Below, one piece after another: positions 19,316-28,263 of a stretch of 64,000 bases of DNA; the first letter of the stretch is position 1, and each line of letters starts with the position of its first letter. Under the pieces are notes generated by a model. It was not told where the DNA came from. It made no database searches and saw nothing but the letters and a program-made list of their open reading frames with translations. Where the stretch lies: IMG/VR virus record IMGVR_UViG_3300050019_000387; one strand, 5' to 3'. This DNA comes from an uncultured virus (IMG/VR IMGVR_UViG_3300050019_000387). Lineage: Duplodnaviria > Heunggongvirae > Uroviricota > Caudoviricetes. A program made the position numbers and the translations under genes.

Positions 19316-21310
19316 TTAGAGACTGGCCTCGTCGATGAAGCGGGAGCGCCCGCGGGTTGCGCGGCCCTTGCGCACGCCGGACCAGGTCATGACGAGCAGG
19401 TCCTCGGCGCGGGTCATGCCGACGTAGAAGGCGCAGCGCTCCTCTTCGATCGCGGTCTCGCGTAGTGCGGCGATCGCGTGCCGCGAGGGGGTGATCTCCT
19501 CCTCGCAGCCGCAGAGGAACACGACCGGCGCCTCCATTCCCTTCGCGCCGTGGATCGAGGAGATGCCGACGCCCTCGTTGACGATCGCCGGTCCGTCGGA
19601 GTGAAGCCCGACGGCACGCTCAACGAACCCGAGCAGCGTCGCCTCCGCCCCGGCTTGCTGCTCGAAGAGCCGCGCCGCGCCGCGCATGCCGGACAGCAGC
19701 ATGAGCGCCGCGTCGGCTTCCTCGCGCGCTTCGGCCTTCTGGGGGTGTTCGCGAACCCACTGGTGGTAGCGCTCGAGACCGCCGCCCATACGAAGGACGC
19801 TGTTGACGGTGTGGCTGATCGGGGCGCCCTGGTCGTGGGCTTCTCGGATCGCGAGCATCTGCTTGGCGAACCGCTCGAGGTTGGAGCGGCCGCGTTTGCG
19901 AAGGCCCGGGATCTGGGCTTGGCGGGCGCACGCTTCGAGCAGGTCGATGTGCTCGCGGCGGGCGTGCGCGATGATCGCCTGGCAGCTCTTCTCGCCGACT
20001 TCGCGGCGCGGGTGCTGGATCGCGCGGCGCAGCGCGATCGCATCGAGCGGGTTTTGGATCAGCTGCAGGTAGGCGAGCGCGGTTTTGGCCTCGCCGCGCT
20101 CGAACAGGCCGAGCGATCCGAGGACGTGGTGTGCGATCCCGGCGCGCTCCAACGCCTTGCGCACCGGGGCGTACGCGAACGCTGAGCGTGCGAGTACGAG
20201 GATCTGCTCTGGCCGTACGCCGTTGCTGATCTGGCGGGCGATCTCTTTGGCGATCCAGCCGGCTTCGGCGTGCTCGTTGTCGCACGCCTTGGCGATGACG
20301 TGCCCGCCCGTGCCGCGGGCGGCGATGAACTCGATCGGCTCGCGGTTGCGGTTGTTTGAGATGACCGCCTCGGCGCGGCGGACGATCTCCTCGTAGGAGC
20401 GGAAGTTGACCGCGAGCGTGACGGTGCGCCTGCTGGGGAACAGCGCGCGGAACGACAACAGGTTGCGTGGCTCGGCTCCTCGAAAGCTGTAGAGCGCCTG
20501 GTCTGCGTCGCCACAGATCGAGAGGTTCCCCGCGGGCTGGGCGAGCAGCCGCAGCAATCCCATTTGCGCGTAGCAGGTGTCTTGGACCTCGTCGACGAGC
20601 AGCCACCGCCACCGTGCGCGGTACTGCGCCTGCAGTTCAGGGTGCTCGCCCAACAAGCGGACGGCGAGGCACAGCAGGTCGTCGAAGGAGGCGGCGTTGC
20701 TGTTCTCTAGCTCCTGGTCGAGCTCCTCCCATACGGCGGCGATCAGGGCGGCGTGTTTGTGGCGGGAGTGGCGGGCGTAGAACTCAGGCGTCCATAGGCG
20801 GTTCTTGGCGAGCGAGATCTCGCCGGTGATGTCTTCGATCGGGCACGGCGCGCGGCCTTCGAGCGCGGCGTGGACAGCGGTGCGTGTTTCGTCTTTGAGG
20901 ATCTCCTCGAGCACGCCGCGCAGCGCGCGCTCGTCGTAGATCGTGAAGCTGGAGGTGCGGTTGATCAGCGGCGCGTGCGAGCGCAAGAGGCGGGCGCACA
21001 GCGCGTGGAAGGTGCAGATCACCATTCCGGCGATCGCGTCGCGCCCGAGCTCCTTCTCGAGCCGCTCCTGGCACTCGCGGGCGGCGTTGTTGGTGAAGGT
21101 GACGAGCACGATCTCGCGCGGGATGGCGCGGCCGGTCGCGAGCAGGTAGCGCACGCGGGCGGTCAGCGTCCTGGTCTTGCCGGCACCGGGGCCGGCGAAG
21201 ATGACCTGCGGTCCGCTGCCGTGGCTGACGGCGGTCGCCTGGTCGCTGGTGAGTCCTTCGAGGAGGTGCTCGAAGGGCGCTGCGGCGAGCAGCGTTGGTG
21301 AGGCGCTCAA
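19316..21310 (-). CDS. UvrD/PcrA/Rep-family SF1 helicase (copy 2)
   Basis: AGPGAGKT, TFTNNAA, TFHA, DEVQD, GDADQALYSFRG, NFRS, SIHGAKGME, FYVGMTRA; TTG start with AAAGGAGG. Confidence 0.95.
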   Translation of the reverse strand: MSASPTLLAAAPFEHLLEGLTSDQATAVSHGSGPQVIFAGPGAGKTRTLTARVRYLLATGRAIPREIVLVTFTNNAARECQERLEKELGRDAIAGMVICTFHALCARLLRSHAPLINRTSSFTIYDERALRGVLEEILKDETRTAVHAALEGRAPCPIEDITGEISLAKNRLWTPEFYARHSRHKHAALIAAVWEELDQELENSNAASFDDLLCLAVRLLGEHPELQAQYRARWRWLLVDEVQDTCYAQMGLLRLLAQPAGNLSICGDADQALYSFRGAEPRNLLSFRALFPSRRTVTLAVNFRSYEEIVRRAEAVISNNRNREPIEFIAARGTGGHVIAKACDNEHAEAGWIAKEIARQISNGVRPEQILVLARSAFAYAPVRKALERAGIAHHVLGSLGLFERGEAKTALAYLQLIQNPLDAIALRRAIQHPRREVGEKSCQAIIAHARREHIDLLEACARQAQIPGLRKRGRSNLERFAKQMLAIREAHDQGAPISHTVNSVLRMGGGLERYHQWVREHPQKAEAREEADAALMLLSGMRGAARLFEQQAGAEATLLGFVERAVGLHSDGPAIVNEGVGISSIHGAKGMEAPVVFLCGCEEEITPSRHAIAALRETAIEEERCAFYVGMTRAEDLLVMTWSGVRKGRATRGRSRFIDEASL

Positions 21311-21456
21311 CGCGTCCTCCTTTCATAAAGGGGGTGGCGAGATGGGCCGCGCCTCGCGGCGCGCCTCGCGGCGCGCTCAGACGGGGCTTTGCGGCGGGTC
21401 GCCGCGCGGCGGGCGGACGGGCGCGCGTGGCGGGCGTCCGCGGGTGCGGGGCGGGC

Positions 21457-21864
21457 TCATACGTCGCACGCGAGCTGGCCGGCGAGGACCGTGGCGCGCT
21501 CGTAGATCTCGTCGAGGTCGACGGTCGCGGTCTCGCCGCGATCGTTGACGGCGCTGGCTCGGGCGCCGATGTAGCTTGCTTTCTCTGAGCTTGCCTCCTT
21601 GAGCACGGCGGCCTCGCCGGGCTTGAGGTGTTCGGCGATCAGCGCGAGCAGGTCGACCTCGACGCCTTCCCGGCTGTCGTCGTCGAAGCGCTCGCTCGGC
21701 CAGCAGCCCTTGTCCTGCTCGCTGACGAGGTAGACGTGGTTTGGGTCGCCGTCGCCGGTTGCCGGGTAGACGATGATCGCCAGCCCGTCGAGCGCCGTGC
21801 GCAGCGCGCGGGCGTCACGAACATGGAAGGTGCTCGATGCGGCCTTCGCGTAGAACTCGGACAT
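21457..21864 (-). CDS. Hypothetical protein, paralog of 24981-25370
   Basis: ASSTFHVRD...LIAEHLKPGEAAVLKE...TVDLDEI; TGATG coupling. Confidence 0.75.
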   Translation of the reverse strand: MSEFYAKAASSTFHVRDARALRTALDGLAIIVYPATGDGDPNHVYLVSEQDKGCWPSERFDDDSREGVEVDLLALIAEHLKPGEAAVLKEASSEKASYIGARASAVNDRGETATVDLDEIYERATVLAGQLACDV

Positions 21865-22379
21865 CACGCCGCTCCGTTCGTGGCCGCGGCTGCGCTCGGT
21901 GCGGGTTGCGCCCACCTGGAGGTGAACGGTTCGATCAGCGGCTGCTCGTCGTCCAGGTGGAGCAGGATCCGATCAGTGGGCACGAGGTCGAAGTTGAAGC
22001 GGTCGCGGCGTTCGATCACGCCGATACGTTCGTGGCCGCCGGGCCAGACGGCGCGTACGCGAGCGCCCTCAAGCCCCGCGAGCTGCGCTTTGCGCTCCTG
22101 GATCAGCGCCTGGCGCTGCCCCCTTTCGAGCGGCGTAGCGGCGTGCGTCTTGTCGGGCAGTGGCGAGCGGGGTTCGGCGGGGCGTGAGGTTCCTGTGCTG
22201 CCGTCGGCGCTGGTGCTCTCGATCCGCAGGACGTCGTCGTAGCGGGCGAACGTGATGTTCTCGGGGAGGTACCCTTCGTCGAGCAGCCGCATGTAGCAGT
22301 CGACCGCTGCGGGGCGATGGCTCGGCGGGATCTCCTCGAAGCGCAGAGTGACTTTCCGCGCGGGTTTGTAGGCGGGCAT
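21864..22379 (-). CDS. Hypothetical protein
   Basis: 171 aa, AAAGGAG RBS. Confidence 0.7.
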   Translation of the reverse strand: MPAYKPARKVTLRFEEIPPSHRPAAVDCYMRLLDEGYLPENITFARYDDVLRIESTSADGSTGTSRPAEPRSPLPDKTHAATPLERGQRQALIQERKAQLAGLEGARVRAVWPGGHERIGVIERRDRFNFDLVPTDRILLHLDDEQPLIEPFTSRWAQPAPSAAAATNGAA

Positions 22380-22436
22380 GGTGCTCCTTTCATCAGGACG
22401 AGTTGTTGTCGTGTCAACCAGGCCGGCCGGAGTGGG

Positions 22437-23285
22437 TTAGGCGGCTTGGTCGAAGAGGGTCGGGGTGATGTCGTGCTCGGCCGCGACGCGGCGCCAGACG
22501 ATCTCGAGCGTCGCTCGCCGCCCGACGCGGGCGGTGCGCACGTGATGGGGGATCACCGTCTTGGTGAACCCGTGGTCTTCGAGCACCCGGTAGGAGGGGT
22601 GCTCGTAGCCGGAGAGCAGCACGGACGCCTCGAGTGTGAGGACCGTGGCGATCAGCTGCTCGTGGTCGTCGATGGTGAGCTCGAAGCGGTAGCCGTGGTT
22701 GCGCCCGATCCGTGACCTGGTCTCGGGGTGGTACGGGGGGTCGAGGTAGATGCACGCGCCGGGTGAGTCGTAGCGGTCGAGCAGCGCCCGCCAGTCGAGG
22801 TGCTCGATCTGCACGCCTCGCAGGCGTGATGCGAATCGCTCGAGCTCGTCGATCGTCGCGGCGAACGAGGCGGCGCGGGTGCCGCCGGAGAGCGCGCCGT
22901 TCAGTTCATGCCCCCAGCTCTTGGATGCGCTGCAGCCGAACGCTTGGCGCATCCGCACATACCAGCGGCGCGCCCGCTCGAGTTCGTTCTCGGTGTCCTC
23001 CCAGGTGTCGAGGCAGAGCGTGAACTCCTCGCGCGCGTAGGGGGTGAACCGCAGCAGCCTCGCCAGCTGCTCGGGTTGGTCCCGCAGGCAGCGGAAGAAC
23101 GTGACGAGGCCGGAGTCGATGTCGTTGTAGACCTCCAAGGTGGCGCGGGGCTTGGCGAACAACACCGATGCTGCGCCGCCGAACGCCTCGACGTAGGTGT
23201 GGTGACGCGGCAACATGCCGGCGATCCGCTCGGCGAGGTGGGCCTTGCCGCCGTACCAGCTGATCGGCGCCTTCGGCGCGCTCAC
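22437..23285 (-). CDS. Dam-like (D12-class) DNA adenine methyltransferase
   Basis: WYGGK, YVEAFGGAASVL, YNDID, IYLDPPY, LSGY. Confidence 0.92.
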   Translation of the reverse strand: MSAPKAPISWYGGKAHLAERIAGMLPRHHTYVEAFGGAASVLFAKPRATLEVYNDIDSGLVTFFRCLRDQPEQLARLLRFTPYAREEFTLCLDTWEDTENELERARRWYVRMRQAFGCSASKSWGHELNGALSGGTRAASFAATIDELERFASRLRGVQIEHLDWRALLDRYDSPGACIYLDPPYHPETRSRIGRNHGYRFELTIDDHEQLIATVLTLEASVLLSGYEHPSYRVLEDHGFTKTVIPHHVRTARVGRRATLEIVWRRVAAEHDITPTLFDQAA

Positions 23286-23301
23286 CGGCGCACGACCTCT
23301 C

Positions 23302-23940
23302 TCATCGGGCCTGCTCGATCAACTGGCGGGCGACAACGATGTTGTTGGTCGCGACGAGGTGGCGGATCTGCGCCTCGTGACCTTCGTTGTTGATCTGCGA
23401 CGCGTCGCCTGACTGGCTGTCGTGGACGGCTTCGTCGAGCGCGTATTCGTCGAGCTCGAGGCGATCGGCGAGCGCGATCAACTCGCGGACGTCGGCCTCA
23501 AGGCGTTGCGCGTCCTCGATGTGCGCCCGGGCCTGATCGGCACCGACGCTGCCGTGGAGCGCCTCGACAACCTCGACGTCGCTGTCCGTGTGTGGAGCTC
23601 GGGCTGCGAGCGCGAGCGCGCCCGGGAGCACGGGCGCGCTGCGCAGCAGCTCGAACAGCTCGATGAGCTCGCGCGCGGGCGGGCTGTCGGGCTTGTAGGT
23701 GACGGTGAGCTCGCTCTGGTGCTCGATGCGCTGTTCGCGCAGATAGCGGCGCAGCCGCTCCGCGTAGTTGCCGTCGGGGGGCTCGATCGACACGTACTGC
23801 TGGTCCGGCTCATACGTCGGTGCGGTGATGCCGACGGCCTCGTAGCAGCCGGCATGCTGCTCCGCCGTCAGGGGTGTTTCGACGATGATCTCCTCGCCGT
23901 CGTAGGCGTAGGGGCGACCGTAGGGGTCGGTGACGTGCAT
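23302..23940 (-). CDS. Hypothetical protein
   Basis: ATG at 23940 with GAAAGGA RBS. Confidence 0.75.
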   Translation of the reverse strand: MHVTDPYGRPYAYDGEEIIVETPLTAEQHAGCYEAVGITAPTYEPDQQYVSIEPPDGNYAERLRRYLREQRIEHQSELTVTYKPDSPPARELIELFELLRSAPVLPGALALAARAPHTDSDVEVVEALHGSVGADQARAHIEDAQRLEADVRELIALADRLELDEYALDEAVHDSQSGDASQINNEGHEAQIRHLVATNNIVVARQLIEQAR

Positions 23941-24022
23941 GCAAATGTCCTTTCGTGCAGGGGGCGACAGGCGCGCGCGGCGGGCGCGGGCCTGGGGGTC
24001 CTGGTGAGCTGCGGGTGCGCGG

Positions 24023-24499
24023 TTACGCGGTCCTGGTGGCGTCTTGCCACTCGCTGCTGATCGCGCGGGCGCGCTGTTCGAGGCGGTCGCGGTGAAGCGT
24101 TGCCGGCTCGCCGGGGTTGACGTCGAAGACGCGTGCGGCGAGCGCAAAGCCGGCGCCAGCGAGGAGGTTGTCGAGCTCCCATTCAGCGTCGAGCTCTTGC
24201 TGGTGATCCTCGGGTGCGTCGGGGTTCATCGTGACGGTGCCGTGCAGCTCGTAGACGGGCTGGTCGGGATCGGCTTCCGCGTAGCCGCGCTCGGTGGTGT
24301 AGCCGATCGCGGCGACGGCGGTGTGTTCGAGGATCATCAGCGCCAGGCGGATGACGAGGTCGAGCTGCGCGTACTTGCGCACCTCCTCCTCGGCTGCCGC
24401 GACGCTCTGTTGGGCCTCCGCGGCGCGCGGTGCGGCAGCGCCGAGTACGCGTTGTAGCGCGTCGCTCTGCGACTCGCTGTCGGGTATCGGTTCGGGCAT
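24023..24499 (-). CDS. Hypothetical protein
   Basis: ATG at 24499 (MPEPIPD) follows GGAGG; the track start at 24514 is in the same frame. Confidence 0.7.
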   Translation of the reverse strand: MPEPIPDSESQSDALQRVLGAAAPRAAEAQQSVAAAEEEVRKYAQLDLVIRLALMILEHTAVAAIGYTTERGYAEADPDQPVYELHGTVTMNPDAPEDHQQELDAEWELDNLLAGAGFALAARVFDVNPGEPATLHRDRLEQRARAISSEWQDATRTA

Positions 24500-24560
24500 T
24501 CGGATGGCCTCCATGTTGGGTTGTGTGGGGCGGTTGGCGGGGATGCGGGTGATCAGCGCC

Positions 24561-24965
24561 TCACGAGGTCGCCGCGACGGATGCCCAGTGCTCGCCCATC
24601 GCGTGCGCCGCGTCGGAGAGGCGGGTGCCGAGATCGCCTAGCCCGCGATCCCAGAAGCCCGTTCCGTGACGGTTGCGGGTGTAGGCGAAGTCATGTCCTG
24701 CGCACTCCATCGCCGTGTACGTCGTGCGCCCGTGACTGTCCGGCCCTCCGTGCCAGTCGCCGACCTCCTCGGAGTAGGTCGTCAGATCGTCGGCGTGAGC
24801 GTCCAGGAAAGCGGCACAGTCGCGCTCGGCTTCCGCCCGGAAGTCTGCGGGTAGCTCGCCGGTAGCGACCTGATCGGGCGCGGCGTCCGTGACGACGTTG
24901 CAAAACGCTGCGCAGTCGAGGTAGCCGCGCAGGAAGTCCCGGCGCTCGGTGTCGGGGTTCTCCAT
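24561..24965 (-). CDS. Conserved phage/plasmid-type hypothetical protein
   Basis: AGHDFAYTRNRHGTGFWDRG motif; GAAGGAG RBS. Confidence 0.8.
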   Translation of the reverse strand: MENPDTERRDFLRGYLDCAAFCNVVTDAAPDQVATGELPADFRAEAERDCAAFLDAHADDLTTYSEEVGDWHGGPDSHGRTTYTAMECAGHDFAYTRNRHGTGFWDRGLGDLGTRLSDAAHAMGEHWASVAATS

Positions 24966-24980
24966 GAGTTCTCCTTCCGG

Positions 24981-25370
24981 TTAGAGGGGTGCGGGGCTGC
25001 GGGTGAGCTCGGCGGCGAGGAAGGTGATCTCCTCGAGGTCGACGGTGACGGTGGCTCCGCGGTGGTCGAACGCGAGTGCGGTCCCGCCGACGTCGCGGGC
25101 GGTGGTGCGGATCTCCTTCAGCACCACGATCTCTCCCGCTTCGAGCTGGGAGGCGATCAGCGCCGGCAGATCGAGCGTGATCTGCCGGCCGCTGTGGGGG
25201 TCGCGGGACTCGAACGGCAGCCCGTTCTCCAACGCGAGCCGTACCCGCCGCCGTGCGGTGAGGGTGACGCGCACGCCGTGCGGCTCCAGCAGCGCGCGCA
25301 ATGCGGCCGGGTCGCGGACCCGGAAGGTGTTGCTCGCCGCGGCAGCAGCGAGCGATGGCCGACCGGCCAT
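24981..25370 (-). CDS. Hypothetical protein, paralog of 21457-21864
   Basis: ASNTFRVRD...LIASQLEAGEIVVLKE...TVDLEEI. Confidence 0.75.
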   Translation of the reverse strand: MAGRPSLAAAAASNTFRVRDPAALRALLEPHGVRVTLTARRRVRLALENGLPFESRDPHSGRQITLDLPALIASQLEAGEIVVLKEIRTTARDVGGTALAFDHRGATVTVDLEEITFLAAELTRSPAPL

Positions 25371-25403
25371 TTGGGGCCTCCTTTCTGAGGCTTGGCTGTC
25401 GGG

Positions 25404-25709
25404 TTACAGCTCGACGTCGGCTGCGGTGAGCGAGATCGCGGCGGCGATCTGTGCGAGCACGTCAACGTCGATCCAGCGGCGCGGCGCGCCGTGCCCGTCG
25501 CCGGCGAGGCCGACCCTGCGGGCAACCCATGAGCTTTCGCCCTTCGCGCTGCCGTTGGCCGCGATCTCCACGCGGCCGCAGCGCGCCGCGATCTCGGCGA
25601 GCGAGGCACTGCGCCCACATGCCCGCGAGCCACGCCGCGTGGGCTTCTCGACCGGCTCATGCCAGTCGGGAGACTCGGGGGCCTCCTCGGCTGTTGTGGT
25701 GGTGTTCAT
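25404..25709 (-). CDS. Hypothetical protein
   Basis: 101 aa, GAAAGGA RBS. Confidence 0.55.
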   Translation of the reverse strand: MNTTTTAEEAPESPDWHEPVEKPTRRGSRACGRSASLAEIAARCGRVEIAANGSAKGESSWVARRVGLAGDGHGAPRRWIDVDVLAQIAAAISLTAADVEL

Positions 25710-25723
25710 CTGGTTTGGTCCTT

Positions 25724-26221
25724 TCAGGTTGTGGGCTGGTTGAGGGCGGGGCTGTTGATGACGCGGCAGAGCGCCTCGAGCATCAGCGCCTCGGTCGTGC
25801 CGTCGGCCTCCGCGAGACCGGCGAGCAGCGCGATCGCAGCGGCCTGCGTCGCGTTGGCGCCTTCGCCGACGGCGCGGCCAGCGAGGGCCCGCAGGCGTGT
25901 CGCGAGAACACGCGGATCCTGCGGGCCGCCGATCACGCTGAGCTCGCCGGCGACGTGCAGCGCGTCGGTCTCGGTGAGCGACTCGATGAGCTGGTGTTCG
26001 AGGCCCTTGCGTGTGCCGCGGTCACTGACCATCCAGTTCGGGAACTTCTGGAGCAGGTCAGTGACGACGGCGCTCGCTGCCTCCTGCGCGGTGCGGCGGC
26101 CGCTGGTGTGGGAGTGGATGCCGTGGCTGTCGACGGCGGCTTCCGCGCCGTAGCCGGCTGGAGTGTCGGTGAAGATGGTGAGGCTGATTCGTAGCGTGCT
26201 TACCGGAGTGGTGGGTGCCAT
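25724..26221 (-). CDS. Hypothetical protein
   Basis: 165 aa, GAAAGGA RBS. Confidence 0.7.
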   Translation of the reverse strand: MAPTTPVSTLRISLTIFTDTPAGYGAEAAVDSHGIHSHTSGRRTAQEAASAVVTDLLQKFPNWMVSDRGTRKGLEHQLIESLTETDALHVAGELSVIGGPQDPRVLATRLRALAGRAVGEGANATQAAAIALLAGLAEADGTTEALMLEALCRVINSPALNQPTT

Positions 26222-26257
26222 GTCGTACGGGTCCTTTCGTTGTCGGGCTGGGGCGGG

Positions 26258-26959
26258 TCAGGCGGCCCAGGAGGGAGCGATCCAGCTGAGGTGCTCGAAG
26301 ACCTTGCGGCTCGTCGGGTGCACTTCGCCTGCGGCTGGTGCGCCGTCCGCCGCCTCGGTCTCAATGCGGTCGAGGGCCTCTTCGATCGATGGAGCACCCT
26401 CGGCCAGCGGGACGGCGAGCAGCGTGCGGCGGACCTCGGCGCTGGTGGCGACGGGGACACAGGTGCAGTAGCTCGCGTCGGCGACCGCAACCCACTCTCC
26501 GCGGACGAGCGCGTAGAAGTCGAAGCGCAGCAACTCGACGTCATCGGGGTCGCTGGGGTCGAAGTCGCCGTCGGAGCCCTCGCCGAGCTCGCTCCATTCG
26601 ACCTTGACGCGGCCGGCGACGAGTAGCCGCCCGCGCGGGTCGCTCTCAGGCGAAACCGTGGTGATCTGCCACCACAGCGATTTGTTGGTCTGCGTGCCGG
26701 TCGGCGCCGCGGTGCCGGGGTGGCCGGCGAGCGGGAAGTCGTCGTGGTCGTAGACGCGGCAGCGCTCGGAAACGCCGAGATCGATCGAGTTGGCGAGTAC
26801 GCGCTTGGTCTCGCCGCAGTCGGCGTCGGGCGGCAGGAAGGCGATGCGGTAGTCGGTGATGTTTCCTGCGGGGTCGACCGCGACGTGGTCGAGGTAGAGC
26901 GGCACCGTGGCCTGCAGGCCGGTGCGGGCCGTCGTGAACGGGTCTGGTTGTCTTGGCAT
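26258..26959 (-). CDS. Hypothetical protein; N-terminal domain shared with 62018-62815
   Basis: ARTGLQATVPLYLD...ITDYRIAFLP...LAGHPGT. Confidence 0.8.
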   Translation of the reverse strand: MPRQPDPFTTARTGLQATVPLYLDHVAVDPAGNITDYRIAFLPPDADCGETKRVLANSIDLGVSERCRVYDHDDFPLAGHPGTAAPTGTQTNKSLWWQITTVSPESDPRGRLLVAGRVKVEWSELGEGSDGDFDPSDPDDVELLRFDFYALVRGEWVAVADASYCTCVPVATSAEVRRTLLAVPLAEGAPSIEEALDRIETEAADGAPAAGEVHPTSRKVFEHLSWIAPSWAA

Positions 26960-27013
26960 GTGGTCCTTTCGTAAGTGGTCAGCGCGCCTCCGCGACGTGG
27001 GCGCTTGGTTGGG

Positions 27014-28147
27014 TCAGGCGGCTCGTGCGAACAGCTCGGGCGCTTTGTGAGCGGGCCAGAGCTGCTCGCGCAGGAGCCGTGCGGCGATGAACTGGACGCT
27101 GTGCGGGTTGAGGTCACCGGCGGTGATCCGGCGGCCGAGGAGCTGGCAGGCGTTGACGATCTCGCCGCCGCCGGCCATTGGGTCGCACACGTACTCAGCC
27201 GGGTTGGTGAACGTCGACACCATCCGCCGCGTGAGTCTCGGCGGCAGCATCGTCGCGTAGCGCACGAGGCCCGGACGGTCCGCACGGCCGTTGTCGACCC
27301 ACACATCCAGCGGGTACTCCCCGCCCGCTTTTGAGCGTCGCTGGTCAGCCGGCGGGTGGAAGACGCGGCGCGGGTGGCGGCGCGAACCACGGCACATGAC
27401 GGTGATCGTCCAATGGGCGGGTGCCGGGTACTTCGTGCACCTCGCGACGAATTCACGTTCTGCGACGATCGATGCGATCCACGTGAGGCCCTGCTCCTCG
27501 GCGGCAATCTGCACGTGCGCGGCCGACTGTGGTCCGGTGACGATGACGAGCTGTCCCCCCGGGCGCAGCGAGTCCGCCGCGGCCGAGATCCAGCTGCGTG
27601 AGAACTCGAGGTAGGAGCGGGCGGGGACGTCGATGTAGCCGCCGACGATCTTCGAGCGATCGCGCGCGTACTGCGATTCGCGGAACTCTGGCTCATCCCA
27701 GCACAGGCCCCATGGCGGGTCTGTGATGACCGCGTCCACCTCCTCGTCGAGGTCTTCGAGCAGAGCGACGGCGTCGCGGACCTGTAGCTCGACCTCTTCG
27801 AGGCGTCCGTCGGGGCCGATCAGAACGAAGGTGCAGGGCTGGCCGCCGTCGCGGTCGATCGCCCATACGGCGCGCTCGACGGGGCAGGCGTTCCCGGAGC
27901 GCTGCTGGTTGGCAAGCCAGCAGCGGACGCGGTGGCGCCACTTCGGGTCACGGGGATGCGCTGGGGTCGAGGGCTCAAGTCCTTTGTTGCGCGCGATCTC
28001 TCCGCCGAGCGTGCGCTCGACGTGGTCGTAGAGGTTGGGGAGCGGGTAGGTGCCGTCGTCGAGTGTGCGCAGCACGTCGCCGATGCTGCGAAGCGGCCCG
28101 ATTTCCGGCTCGCGGGTGGGGACCGTGGGTGCGCGAGCGCTCTGCAT
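27014..28147 (-). CDS. N4/N6 DNA methyltransferase (beta-class motif order) with N-terminal winged-helix-like domain
   Basis: ITDPPW, LRPGG, VCDPMAGGGE...GDLN; N-terminal KWRHRVR...VERAVWAI resembles Mrr_N; ATG at 28147 with AAGGAG. Confidence 0.8.
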   Translation of the reverse strand: MQSARAPTVPTREPEIGPLRSIGDVLRTLDDGTYPLPNLYDHVERTLGGEIARNKGLEPSTPAHPRDPKWRHRVRCWLANQQRSGNACPVERAVWAIDRDGGQPCTFVLIGPDGRLEEVELQVRDAVALLEDLDEEVDAVITDPPWGLCWDEPEFRESQYARDRSKIVGGYIDVPARSYLEFSRSWISAAADSLRPGGQLVIVTGPQSAAHVQIAAEEQGLTWIASIVAEREFVARCTKYPAPAHWTITVMCRGSRRHPRRVFHPPADQRRSKAGGEYPLDVWVDNGRADRPGLVRYATMLPPRLTRRMVSTFTNPAEYVCDPMAGGGEIVNACQLLGRRITAGDLNPHSVQFIAARLLREQLWPAHKAPELFARAA

Positions 28148-28263
28148 GAATGGCTCCTTGTCGGTGTAGGGGTCGCCACGCAACGCGGCGGCCCGGGTTA
28201 GCGGTCTGACTTCTGCGCTTGGAGGAGACGCGCGAGGTTCTCTCGCGCGCCTCCGGCAGATCG

